64,000 nucleotides of DNA, taken from contig JBAZUA010000001.1 of assembly GCA_041661645.1 (NCBI GenBank), positions 192,189 through 256,188 on the forward strand, in the 5' to 3' direction. The notes under the pieces were generated by a model. That model was not told where the DNA came from, did no database searches, and saw only the letters and a program-made list of their open reading frames with translations. This document shows positions 46,522 through 54,701 of the stretch, one piece after another; position 1 is the stretch's first letter, and each line of letters starts with the position of its first letter. A program made the position numbers and the translations under genes. This DNA is from Minisyncoccota bacterium (GTDB taxonomy: Bacteria; Patescibacteriota; Minisyncoccia; Phycocordibacterales; UBA6065).

Positions 46522-47613
46522 ATGGCAGAAGAAATCAAGAAGGCGGAGCCGACCACGCTCATGGGCAAATTGCTCAATGACACGGCCACCCCACCAAATG
46601 TCGGCGACCTCATCGAGGGAACCGTCATCGCTATCGACAAGAAGGGCGTCTTCATAGACCTCCCCCCATTCGGTACCGGCATCATCTACGGACGCGAGTA
46701 CATCGTCGCCCGAGACGTCATCAAGAAGATCAACGTCGGCGACAAGGTCGCTGCGAAGATCGTCGATGCGTCAAACAAAGACGGCTATATCGAGCTTTCC
46801 CTCAAGGAGGCCCGACAGGCCCTCATCTGGACCGAGGCCGAGCTCGCCATCGTCGAGAAGAAGATCCTCGAGCTCCCTATCAAGGAGGCAAACAAGGGCG
46901 GACTCATCATCGAGTGGCAGGGCATCCAGGGATTCCTTCCCGCCTCCCAGCTCAAGCCCGAGCATTACCCACGCGTTCAGGACGGTGACAAGGATCGCAT
47001 CCTCGAGGAGCTCAAGAAGCTCGTCGGCACCAAGCTCGCCGTATCGATCATCGGCGCATTCCCCAAGGAAGGCAAGCTCATCTTCTCCGAGAAGAACTCT
47101 GAGCAGAAGGACAAGACCGAGCAGGTCGCCAAGTTCAAGGTCGGCGACGACGTTGAGGGAAAGGTCACCGGCATGGTTGACTTCGGAGTCTTCGTCAAGA
47201 TCGACGAGGGTCTCGAGGGTCTCGTTCACATCTCAGAGATTGACTGGGCACTCGTCGAGGATCCAAAGACCCGCTTCAAGGTAGGCGACAAGGTCAAGGT
47301 CCGCGTCATCGAGATCAAGGACGGCAAGGTCTCCCTCTCCATCAAGGCCCTCAAGCCAAACCCATGGGTAGAGGCGGGCAAGAAGTACAAGAAGGAGCAG
47401 ATCGTGAAGGGCGTCGTCATCAAGTTCAATCGACACGGCGCGCTCGCCTCGATCGAGGAAGGCATCGCGGGCCTCGTCCACGTTTCCGAATTCGGAACCG
47501 AGGAGAAGCTCCGACAGAACCTCGAGCTCGGCAAGACCTACAGCTTCAAGATCACCCTCTTCGATGCTGGCAGCCAGAAGATGACCCTTGCCTTCGCGGG
47601 AGAGAAGAAGTAA
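46522..47613 (+). CDS. rpsA: 30S ribosomal protein S1 (four S1 domains)
   Basis: Repeated S1/OB motifs (GDLIEGTVIAIDKKGVFIDL, GDDVEGKVTGMVDFGVFVKI, GDKVKVRVIEIKDGKVSLSI). Confidence 0.85.
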   Translation: MAEEIKKAEPTTLMGKLLNDTATPPNVGDLIEGTVIAIDKKGVFIDLPPFGTGIIYGREYIVARDVIKKINVGDKVAAKIVDASNKDGYIELSLKEARQALIWTEAELAIVEKKILELPIKEANKGGLIIEWQGIQGFLPASQLKPEHYPRVQDGDKDRILEELKKLVGTKLAVSIIGAFPKEGKLIFSEKNSEQKDKTEQVAKFKVGDDVEGKVTGMVDFGVFVKIDEGLEGLVHISEIDWALVEDPKTRFKVGDKVKVRVIEIKDGKVSLSIKALKPNPWVEAGKKYKKEQIVKGVVIKFNRHGALASIEEGIAGLVHVSEFGTEEKLRQNLELGKTYSFKITLFDAGSQKMTLAFAGEKK

Positions 47614-47647
47614 TCAGGACTCAATAGAACGGCTCACGTAAGCCACA

Positions 47648-47680
47648 TAAAACACCTCAACCCATTGAGGTGTTTTACTT
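47648..47680 (+). terminator. Terminator hairpin AAAACACCTCAA-CCCA-TTGAGGTGTTTT plus acttt (copy 3 of the repeated element)
   Basis: Seen directly, after rpsA. Confidence 0.55.
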
Positions 47681-47699
47681 TGGCCCGGACAGGTTGACT

Positions 47700-48177
47700 A
47701 GAGACCTAGAAAAGGTACCATTTTGAATGGACGCAGATGCTCGAAATCCCGACACATCGCCAAGTGATCATGCCCGAAGGATGATTGCGAAGGAGCAAGA
47801 GGCGACTAAGGTTGCACGGTTTGGTTGACCACACCAGGGTCCCCACCCGGCCGATGTCCCTCTAAGATGGAGGGGCAGAATGTCTTGATCTGAGGGGCTC
47901 GTTGTGACCTCACATGAAATAGGTACACGGCCAGCTTGGTATCAAGCGATTCGGAGGATCCGTCCGGCGAAGAGCACGAGGAAAAGCACTCAGAGGGTGG
48001 GAACAGCGTCGATTGACATCCGCTGTTCCCACCCTAGCCCTTTCCACCCAACATCATTTTGCTATACTTATGGCCTGCGACAAGCCTGAGGACAGACACT
48101 CAACCAAACTCGCAGCAGGCAGGCGACGCCTTCGGTCGCCTGCCCACCACTTTAGTTCTTTCTGACTCTCAAGAGAA
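47700..48177. ncRNA. Candidate structured non-coding region (unassigned), ending at a bidirectional terminator
   Basis: About 480 nt with no convincing ORF. Strong hairpins: GGGAACAGCG-ucgauugacauc-CGCUGUUCCC, and GGCAGGCGAC-gccuucg-GUCGCCUGCC with a UUCG loop. A CCCUC-uaagaug-GAGGG hairpin is also present. Confidence 0.25.
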
Positions 48178-48212
48178 AAGCGCCCCATCGAATGGGGCGC
48201 TTTTGATGTCAG
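48178..48212. terminator. Bidirectional intrinsic terminator (gcgcccc-atcgaat-ggggcgc flanked by A- and T-runs)
   Basis: Seen directly. Confidence 0.55.
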
Positions 48213-48225
48213 GAAGCTGAGACAG

Positions 48226-48459
48226 TCACCTCCCGCCAAAGCCTTCGGAGAACAGCGCGCTGATATCGATCAGGACAAGGGTGCACAGAACGCCGAAGGC
48301 GATGATCAGAAAGAAGAGGACAATGAGACATCTGCCGAGAACGTGTCGCCAGAGCTTTTCCTTGTCGCACAGGTGCCTTCCCCAGCCGATAAACCAGGTG
48401 ATGACGGCCGCCACGATAAGGGAGACCAGGACCGGATAGATGATTTCTATGATTCTCAC
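48226..48459 (-). CDS. Small membrane protein (two TM, 77 aa)
   Basis: Hydrophobic ORF ending just before the terminator. Confidence 0.35.
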   Translation of the reverse strand: MRIIEIIYPVLVSLIVAAVITWFIGWGRHLCDKEKLWRHVLGRCLIVLFFLIIAFGVLCTLVLIDISALFSEGFGGR

Positions 48460-48551
48460 GAGTAAGCTTTCGTTGATAGGTTAAGAACGCCACCGTAAAG
48501 CCTACGCCTCCCGCGGATGAAGTCAATCGCCCTTGTCGCCAGAGGGACGAC

Positions 48552-49205
48552 CTACTTGTTGAACTCCGCGTTGTACTCGCTCATCGCTCGCTCGGGAGAG
48601 TCTGAAACCGCGAGCTCGAGGCAATCAACCACCTTCTTTATGACCTTCTTAAGATCGTCCGCCTCCTTCGGCTTAAAGTCTGCGACGATGAAGTTCTCGA
48701 CTATGGAATCGTGATCGAGCTTCTTTGGCTGGCCATTCGCCTTTGGCGGGACGATACCAATCCTGATGCGGAAGAAGGCCTGGGTGCCCACCGCCTTGAT
48801 GACGGACTGAACGCCCTTGTGCCCGCCCGCGCTCTTGTCCCAGGACATCTTGGCCTTACCCAGGGGTATGTCGAGGTCGTCATGAACGACGATGAGTTCC
48901 GGAAAGGCCTTTATGGACTTGCCTGTCGAATCCTTCATCTTCTTTGGGCCCTTCACCAGCTTTGCCGCCGAGAGGCCTGACTTATTCATGAAGGTCTCGG
49001 GAAGCACGAGGGTCGCCTTCCCCTTCTCCACCTTGCCAATCGATATGAGCGACTGGGACTTCTTGTCAGCCTTGAAGTCGTCAAACTTCATCTTCTGGGC
49101 GAATTTCATCACAGCCTCGCGTCCCGCATTGTGCCGCGTACCCTCGTATTCCGCCCCCGGGTTTCCTAGTCCAATGATTATCATAATGATGACAGTATAA
49201 GACAT
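48552..49205 (-). CDS. pth: Peptidyl-tRNA hydrolase
   Basis: IIGLGNPGAEYEGTRHNAGREAV matches the N-terminal motif xGLGNPGxxYxxTRHNxG. Start ATG 49205 or 49184. Confidence 0.8.
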   Translation of the reverse strand: MSYTVIIMIIIGLGNPGAEYEGTRHNAGREAVMKFAQKMKFDDFKADKKSQSLISIGKVEKGKATLVLPETFMNKSGLSAAKLVKGPKKMKDSTGKSIKAFPELIVVHDDLDIPLGKAKMSWDKSAGGHKGVQSVIKAVGTQAFFRIRIGIVPPKANGQPKKLDHDSIVENFIVADFKPKEADDLKKVIKKVVDCLELAVSDSPERAMSEYNAEFNK

Positions 49206-49341
49206 TCGATGTTCTGGCACAAAGGCTCCCGACGGAGACTCTCGGAGCACGACGGTGCGAGGGTGAGAGTGAGGGCTTTAGCTTCCAAGCGAAAAGCCCG
49301 GCCTCCAGAGGGAGCCTTTGTGCCAGAACATACGAATGCCC
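49200..49341. repeat. Imperfect inverted repeat (arms 49201-49230 and 49310-49341, 28 bp with one bulge) flanking a 76-nt spacer
   Basis: The reverse complement of arm 1 is gggagcctttgtgccagaacatcgaatgtc. Arm 2 is gggagcctttgtgccagaacatacgaatgcc. The spacer folds on its own (GGGCUUU...AAAGCCC). Arm 1 contains the pth start codon. Confidence 0.6.
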
Positions 49342-49397
49342 ATTGTGTCAACACTATGATTCGGGCTACACTTCACACACCAATAATCAAGCACCAA

Positions 49398-50003
49398 ATG
49401 GACACATCAAACGATGCGGGCAAAGAAAAGAAGGAGACCCTCTTAAAGGAGGTCCTCAAATACGCCCTCTTCGCCCTGATCATCGTCCTACCCGTGCGCA
49501 CGTGGATAGCCCAGCCATTCGTCGTGAACGGCGGATCCATGGACGATACCTTCAAGGACGGGCAATACCTCATCGTCGACGAGATATCCTACCGCTTCAA
49601 GTCCCCCGAACGAGGCGACGTGCTTATCTTCAGGTACCCCGAGGACACCTCAAAATACTTCATAAAGAGACTTATCGGCCTCCCCGGAGAAACGGTCATC
49701 GTCAAGAACGACTCGGTAACCATAGAAAACGCCGAGTACCCTGCGGGCATCGCGTTAAACGAGCCCTACACGGGATCAAGAACGCTCGGCAACACGAGCG
49801 TGACACTCGGCACGGACGAATACTTCGTCATGGGAGACAACAGGATAGTCAGCCTCGACTCGCGGGCCTGGGGAGCGCTGCCGAAAAGCGACATCATCGG
49901 GCGGCCTGTGCTCAGGCTTCTCCCCTTCGGCAAGATGGGGACGTTTCCGGGGGCAGTGGCGAGTTCGAGCATGATAGGAGGGACAACAGCACCAGCACAG
50001 TAA
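49398..50003 (+). CDS. lepB: Signal peptidase I
   Basis: Catalytic Ser box GGSMDDTF. KRLIGLPGETV. GDNRIVSLDSRAWG (Lys box region). Confidence 0.8.
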   Translation: MDTSNDAGKEKKETLLKEVLKYALFALIIVLPVRTWIAQPFVVNGGSMDDTFKDGQYLIVDEISYRFKSPERGDVLIFRYPEDTSKYFIKRLIGLPGETVIVKNDSVTIENAEYPAGIALNEPYTGSRTLGNTSVTLGTDEYFVMGDNRIVSLDSRAWGALPKSDIIGRPVLRLLPFGKMGTFPGAVASSSMIGGTTAPAQ

Positions 50004-50019
50004 TCAACCATAGAAACAC

Positions 50020-51273
50020 ATGACTGACGCACACATCAAAAAGAATGGGTCGCAAAAGGCAAAAAAACTCGAGCATCCAGCATACGTCTCGTACGAACAC
50101 CTTGACTCCGCAAGCGAGGTTGGCCTCTTCTATGGCTTTACCCCGCTCGCACTGCCCCACATGACAAACCATGATAGCACCGAGGCGAAGGCCATATCCG
50201 AAGGCGATGTCATCATCGACCATGACAATCACGAGGAGGGCGCCACCATCAGGCTCGAGGAGAAGATCGCCCTGCTTCACCTCTATGAGCGGGAGAAGAT
50301 GGCAAGCCTCTCGCAGCCAATCATGCTCTCCTACAAGAAACCGTTCGTGGGCGACAGGCGCAAGGCGAACCCAAAGGAATCGCATCACGGCCTCGAAATC
50401 ATCGGTTCCTCGAAATCCATCGCCGAGGCGATACTGCTCCAGGCATCGCTCGCCATTCTCTCCGACGCCGGCGAGACTGATCTGCACGTCGAGATAAACT
50501 CGATCGGCGACAAGGAATCCCTCAGCCGCTTCACCCGAGAGCTCACCGCATACTATCGCAAGCACATGAGCGAGCTCTCCGCCGACTGCAAGCAGCATTT
50601 CAAGAAGAACGTCTTCAGCATGCTCGCCTGCGACGACGACACCTGCAAGAAGCTATCCATCGAGTGCCCGAAGTCGATCAACTTCCTCTCCGAAAAGTCA
50701 CGCGTGCACTTCAAGGAGGTGCTCGAGTACCTCGAGGCCCTCGACGTCCCCTACATCATAAACAATGGCTTGGTGGCCAACCGAGACTATTGCGGCGAGA
50801 CCATATTCGAGATACGCGGGTCCGACCCCAAGGGCCATCCCAAGGCCATAGGCATTCGCTATGACACCCTGGCCAAGCGCCTCGGGCACAAGAAGGAAAT
50901 TCCGGCCGTGGGAGTGACCATCGCCGTGAGCAAGAAGGCCATCAAGAGCGACGCTGTCAAGACAAGCACCGTCCGGGATATTCTGAATCCACAGATCGTC
51001 TTCATGCAGCTCGGCTTCGAGGCAAAGCTCAAGAGCCTCCGCCTCATCGAGGCGCTCCGCCAGGCGAGGATCCCCGTCATGCAATCGCTCGCCAAGGACA
51101 AGATGGCCGGACAGGTTGGCATGGCCGAAAAGACCCAGGCTCCCATCGTCGTCATCATGGGCAAGAAGGAGGCCATGGAGGACAGCGTCATCGTCCGCGA
51201 GACGTCGACCAGGTCACAAGACACGGTCAGGCTCGGGGACGTGGTGGCAAGGCTGAGGAAATACAAAGTGTAG
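50020..51273 (+). CDS. Histidyl-tRNA synthetase-like protein (HisS/HisZ family) with a degenerate motif 2
   Basis: HisRS motif 3 GIRYDTLAKRLG. Class II anticodon-binding domain (PIVVIMGKKEAMEDSVIVRETST). The motif 2 region reads YKKPFVGDRRKANPKESHHGLEIIG instead of FRYERPQ.GRYREF.Q.G.E.IG. Confidence 0.6.
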   Translation: MTDAHIKKNGSQKAKKLEHPAYVSYEHLDSASEVGLFYGFTPLALPHMTNHDSTEAKAISEGDVIIDHDNHEEGATIRLEEKIALLHLYEREKMASLSQPIMLSYKKPFVGDRRKANPKESHHGLEIIGSSKSIAEAILLQASLAILSDAGETDLHVEINSIGDKESLSRFTRELTAYYRKHMSELSADCKQHFKKNVFSMLACDDDTCKKLSIECPKSINFLSEKSRVHFKEVLEYLEALDVPYIINNGLVANRDYCGETIFEIRGSDPKGHPKAIGIRYDTLAKRLGHKKEIPAVGVTIAVSKKAIKSDAVKTSTVRDILNPQIVFMQLGFEAKLKSLRLIEALRQARIPVMQSLAKDKMAGQVGMAEKTQAPIVVIMGKKEAMEDSVIVRETSTRSQDTVRLGDVVARLRKYKV

Positions 51274-51290
51274 GCAGAGGATACGAACAA

Positions 51291-51326
51291 AAAACCGCCC
51301 CGGGGCGGTTTTTTGTTCTATGACAG
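51291..51326. terminator. Bidirectional intrinsic terminator (ccgcccc-gggg-cgg flanked by A6 and T6)
   Basis: Seen directly. Confidence 0.55.
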
Positions 51327-51337
51327 GGACCGCTTCC

Positions 51338-51463
51338 CTACCTCCTCATGAGCGCGTTCGCCAGGGCATTAAGGAGCGTGATGAACGTGCTGAAGAAACC
51401 GGACACGAGGGCAATCCTGACCGGCCTATCCTGGTGCCACCTCTTGTGATGATGCGTGCTCAT
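51338..51463 (-). CDS. Possible 41-aa small protein
   Basis: ATG at 51463 preceded by TATATACAT. MSTHHHKRWHQDRPVRIALVSGFFSTFITLLNALANALMRR. Ends at the bidirectional terminator. Confidence 0.25.
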   Translation of the reverse strand: MSTHHHKRWHQDRPVRIALVSGFFSTFITLLNALANALMRR

Positions 51464-51578
51464 ATGTATATATCAAAAATGATACCCTCTATTGTACCCT
51501 CGAACGGCCAGACAATCAAAGGCCCCAAAAACAAAAAATGGCCGACGCTTACGCGACGGCCATTTGAAATCTACGAGG

Positions 51579-52178
51579 CTACGATGAACGGGCCAGAACA
51601 AGCCAGGTCATCCCCGCGAGCAGGGCGGCAGTGACCCCAAGAGTCCACCAGGCGCCCTTGTCCCGCAGATAGTCCCGATCGGACGAATCCACGGCGACAA
51701 GTCCCCACTTGATGAGGAGACCCATCACCATATGGGTTCCAAACACCATGTGAAGCATCAGCGCGGCCGACACTGGCACAATGAACGATGCCAAGATGCC
51801 GTGAGGCAGACGGAAATACAGGAGCCCGATCGCGGCAAGCGACGGAATCATGTATCCCAGATGGATCCACCCCGCGAGCGTCTGATGCCCGCCTGACGTA
51901 TGGGAGCTCGGGGTCGGATCCTTTGCCCACATCCAGGCCATGCCGCAGCTGACGATAGCCGAGACAGTCAGGGCGACCGACCACTCGTTCACGGACCATG
52001 CGCCCCCGAACCTCTGGGCGACAAGCCCAAGCAAGGGAGAGACGATGAGAAAGTCACCCCACATGCCGCCATGCTTGAGGAAATTCCTCGCGAAACCCCT
52101 CCGTGCCGCCGCCCAGTATTGCGACAGAACGATGGACATGCTGACCAGACAGACGATAATTCCGATGTAACGGTTCAC
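51579..52178 (-). CDS. Integral membrane protein (about 6 TM), hypothetical
   Basis: Multiple hydrophobic helices. His/Trp-rich loops. Confidence 0.45.
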   Translation of the reverse strand: MNRYIGIIVCLVSMSIVLSQYWAAARRGFARNFLKHGGMWGDFLIVSPLLGLVAQRFGGAWSVNEWSVALTVSAIVSCGMAWMWAKDPTPSSHTSGGHQTLAGWIHLGYMIPSLAAIGLLYFRLPHGILASFIVPVSAALMLHMVFGTHMVMGLLIKWGLVAVDSSDRDYLRDKGAWWTLGVTAALLAGMTWLVLARSS

Positions 52179-52295
52179 GATGGAACCTCCTTTTGTTGAG
52201 TTGGGTGAATCAAAGAGCTGATTCTATTCTATAGATTATACTCTTATTTTTAGCAAAAGTCAACCGTCTCGTCCCTCCCTCTTTATTTTTACTTT

Positions 52296-52775
52296 ATGAG
52301 CTTTTCGAGGCACCCGTTTTATACTGTCCGCATGTCGAGAGACAATCTCATCCCCAACGACCAGTTTGCGACGAAAAACGATGTTGAGATCATCGTAACG
52401 AAAGTCGTTGCCGCGGCACTGGATGAGGCCGTCCCACGGATAATCCAAACGGTATGCCGAATCGTCGACGAAAAGATAGACTCAAAGATAGACGCTTTCG
52501 CCATCATGGTCGGACGCGGGTTCGCCGACACGCAGGCCCAGATAAACGATATCCGGCAAGGCGTGACTGATGTTAAAAGCAGTTTGGGCAAAGTCGAATC
52601 GAGACTCAGCAAGGTGGAATCAAAGCTCGACGGCGTAGAATCAAGGTTGGGTGAAGTTGAATCAAGACTCGGTTATGTAGAAAACGAGGTGGGCTCACTC
52701 AAAGCCATTGTCAGGAGCAACTGGCAGAATCACGAAATCCGCATCGTCAAACTCGAGGAAAGGCTGGTATCTTGA
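52296..52775 (+). CDS. Coiled-coil repeat protein, paralog B
   Basis: ATKNDVEIIVTKV N-terminal motif. KVESRLSKVESKLDGVESRLGEVESRLGYVENEV 11-residue repeats. C-terminal VRSNWQNHEIRIVKLEERLVS. The start could be ATG 52332, which has a TATACT box 6 nt upstream. Confidence 0.5.
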   Translation: MSFSRHPFYTVRMSRDNLIPNDQFATKNDVEIIVTKVVAAALDEAVPRIIQTVCRIVDEKIDSKIDAFAIMVGRGFADTQAQINDIRQGVTDVKSSLGKVESRLSKVESKLDGVESRLGEVESRLGYVENEVGSLKAIVRSNWQNHEIRIVKLEERLVS

Positions 52776-52808
52776 GTTTTTTAGGCCCCTATGATACTCT
52801 GTCCGTCT

Positions 52809-53057
52809 ATGGCAACAAATGTAGAAGTAACCAAAAACGGCAGCGAGAACCCCCTTAGCCTCTTGAGGCGCTTCACCAAGCGCGTTCAGGGATCAGGCAT
52901 CCTTCCCCGCGTTCGCGGAGACAGGTACCACACCCGAACCCTTTCCTCGTACAAAAGGAAGATGAAGACCCTCGCAGGCATCACGAGACGAGAGGACCTC
53001 GCGGAGCAGATCAAGCTCGGAAAGATCGCCCCTCAGGAGCCTCGACGCGGACGATAA
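52809..53057 (+). CDS. rpsU: 30S ribosomal protein S21
   Basis: VEVTKNGSENPLSLLRRFTKRVQGSGILPRVR...YKRKMKTL fits the bS21 pattern (V.V..NE...ALRRFK....G.L.E.R....Y.KP...RKR). Confidence 0.55.
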   Translation: MATNVEVTKNGSENPLSLLRRFTKRVQGSGILPRVRGDRYHTRTLSSYKRKMKTLAGITRREDLAEQIKLGKIAPQEPRRGR

Positions 53058-53061
53058 CCCT

Positions 53062-53445
53062 ATGACGAGGGAATTCTCTCTCTCGAACAAGACAAAAGGC
53101 AAGCTTCCCCGCTTGCCTTTTGCTCGTATGAAGGACGCGGTGCTCGGGGCCGACTATGACCTCTCGCTCGTCTTCGTCGGCGATGCCGCCGCGAGAAGGC
53201 TCAACATGGAACACCGTGGCGCCGATTACGTCCCAAACGTGCTCGCCTTCGAGCTCGACGACAAGAGCGGCGAGATCTTCATCAACCCCATCGAGGCCAA
53301 GAGGCAGGCACCCGACTTTGGCAGAACCCATTTCAATTTCATCGCATTTCTATACGTCCACGCACTGTGCCATTTGAAAGGAATGGAACACGGTAGTAGA
53401 ATGGAGAGAACAGAGGCTGATTTCCGAAAGAAATTCGGAATCTAG
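53062..53445 (+). CDS. ybeY: rRNA maturation RNase YbeY
   Basis: Zinc-binding motif HALCHLKGMEHG (HxxxHxxGxxH). Confidence 0.8.
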   Translation: MTREFSLSNKTKGKLPRLPFARMKDAVLGADYDLSLVFVGDAAARRLNMEHRGADYVPNVLAFELDDKSGEIFINPIEAKRQAPDFGRTHFNFIAFLYVHALCHLKGMEHGSRMERTEADFRKKFGI

Positions 53446-53472
53446 CGCCTCGGTTTCCTCACACTACTTTTC

Positions 53473-54627
53473 ATGCGCACAAAAATAGCAGCCGGCATAG
53501 ACATCGGCACCCATGAGGTCAAGATAATCCTGACAGAGACTCGTCCCGAGGGTGAGCGAGCCACGCCAAAGATCGTCGGCGCCGCATCGGCCGAGTCAAA
53601 GGGAATCCGCCACGGATATATCGTCAATCCGGGAGAGGCGGCCGAGAGCGTCATTCAGGCGGTTGCCGCCGTGGAGAAGGCCTCGGGCATAAAGGTGAAG
53701 AAAGCCGTCATATCCATAAGCGGCATCAGCCTCTCGAGCATGGTGGGGACGGGGTCCGTGTCCATATCCCGCGGCGACTCGGAAGTGACCGAGATGGACA
53801 TCGACAAGGCCTCGGCGGTTGCGGAAAAGAACATCCCAGCCTCCGCCCTCCTGAACAGGCGCATCGTCCACACCGTCCCCCTCTCATACAAGATAGACGG
53901 CAAGCCTGTCTTCGGAAGGCCGCGCGGCATGAAGGGAAACAAGCTCGAGGTTCGAGCGCTCTTCGTCACCTGCCTCTCGCAGCATCTCGACGACCTCGTC
54001 GAGACCATAACCGAGGCGGGCATAGAGGTCATAGACATCGTCGCCTCCCCCGTCGCCGCCGCCCTCGTCGCCCTTTCGAAGAATCAGAAGGTAGCGGGCT
54101 GTGTCCTCGCCAATATCGGCGCCGAAACCCTTTCCATAGTGGTATATGAAAACAACCTGCCCATCTCACTCGAGGTGTTCCCCCTCGGCTCGACCGACAT
54201 CACGAACGATATCGCCCTCGGACTGAAGATACCGATAGAAGAAGCCGAATCGCTCAAGCGTGGCGGCACCCCCGCCCACGTTCAGTTCTCGAAAAAGAAA
54301 TTGGACGAGATAGTCAGTGCGCGACTCTATGACATGTTCGACCTCATCGAGGCCCACCTGAAAAAAATAGACAAGAATGGGCTTTTGCCCGCCGGCATCA
54401 TACTGATCGGCGGCGGAGCGGGAATTCCGCTCATAGACGAGCTCGCCAAGGACTCTCTCAGGATTCCTGCGCGCATCATCAGCCACAAGGAGGCGCCCTA
54501 TTCCGTGGCTTACGGCCTTTCGATGCTCGCCTTGAACGGCGACGAGACGGGAGCGACTGGGACGGCCCCAAAAAATAGCCCTATTGTCGAAAACAGCCTC
54601 AAGTGGCTCAAACAGTTTCTACCATAA
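53473..54627 (+). CDS. ftsA: Cell division protein FtsA
   Basis: Actin-fold phosphate 1 GIDIGTHEVKI and phosphate 2 LANIGAETLSIVV. C-terminal membrane-targeting helix. Confidence 0.85.
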   Translation: MRTKIAAGIDIGTHEVKIILTETRPEGERATPKIVGAASAESKGIRHGYIVNPGEAAESVIQAVAAVEKASGIKVKKAVISISGISLSSMVGTGSVSISRGDSEVTEMDIDKASAVAEKNIPASALLNRRIVHTVPLSYKIDGKPVFGRPRGMKGNKLEVRALFVTCLSQHLDDLVETITEAGIEVIDIVASPVAAALVALSKNQKVAGCVLANIGAETLSIVVYENNLPISLEVFPLGSTDITNDIALGLKIPIEEAESLKRGGTPAHVQFSKKKLDEIVSARLYDMFDLIEAHLKKIDKNGLLPAGIILIGGGAGIPLIDELAKDSLRIPARIISHKEAPYSVAYGLSMLALNGDETGATGTAPKNSPIVENSLKWLKQFLP

Positions 54628-54701
54628 AAACGTGTTGTCATTTCAGGGGCTTTTGGTATTATGTACCCACTTTAACAAGCAGGCCTTATCCGTAAACCAC
54701 C

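Noticed and set aside
47904-48239. 61-aa ORFs on both strands inside the 47.7-48.2 kb non-coding region.
   Set aside because: They have no start context, no motif, and they overlap strong RNA hairpins. RNA or regulatory function is more likely.
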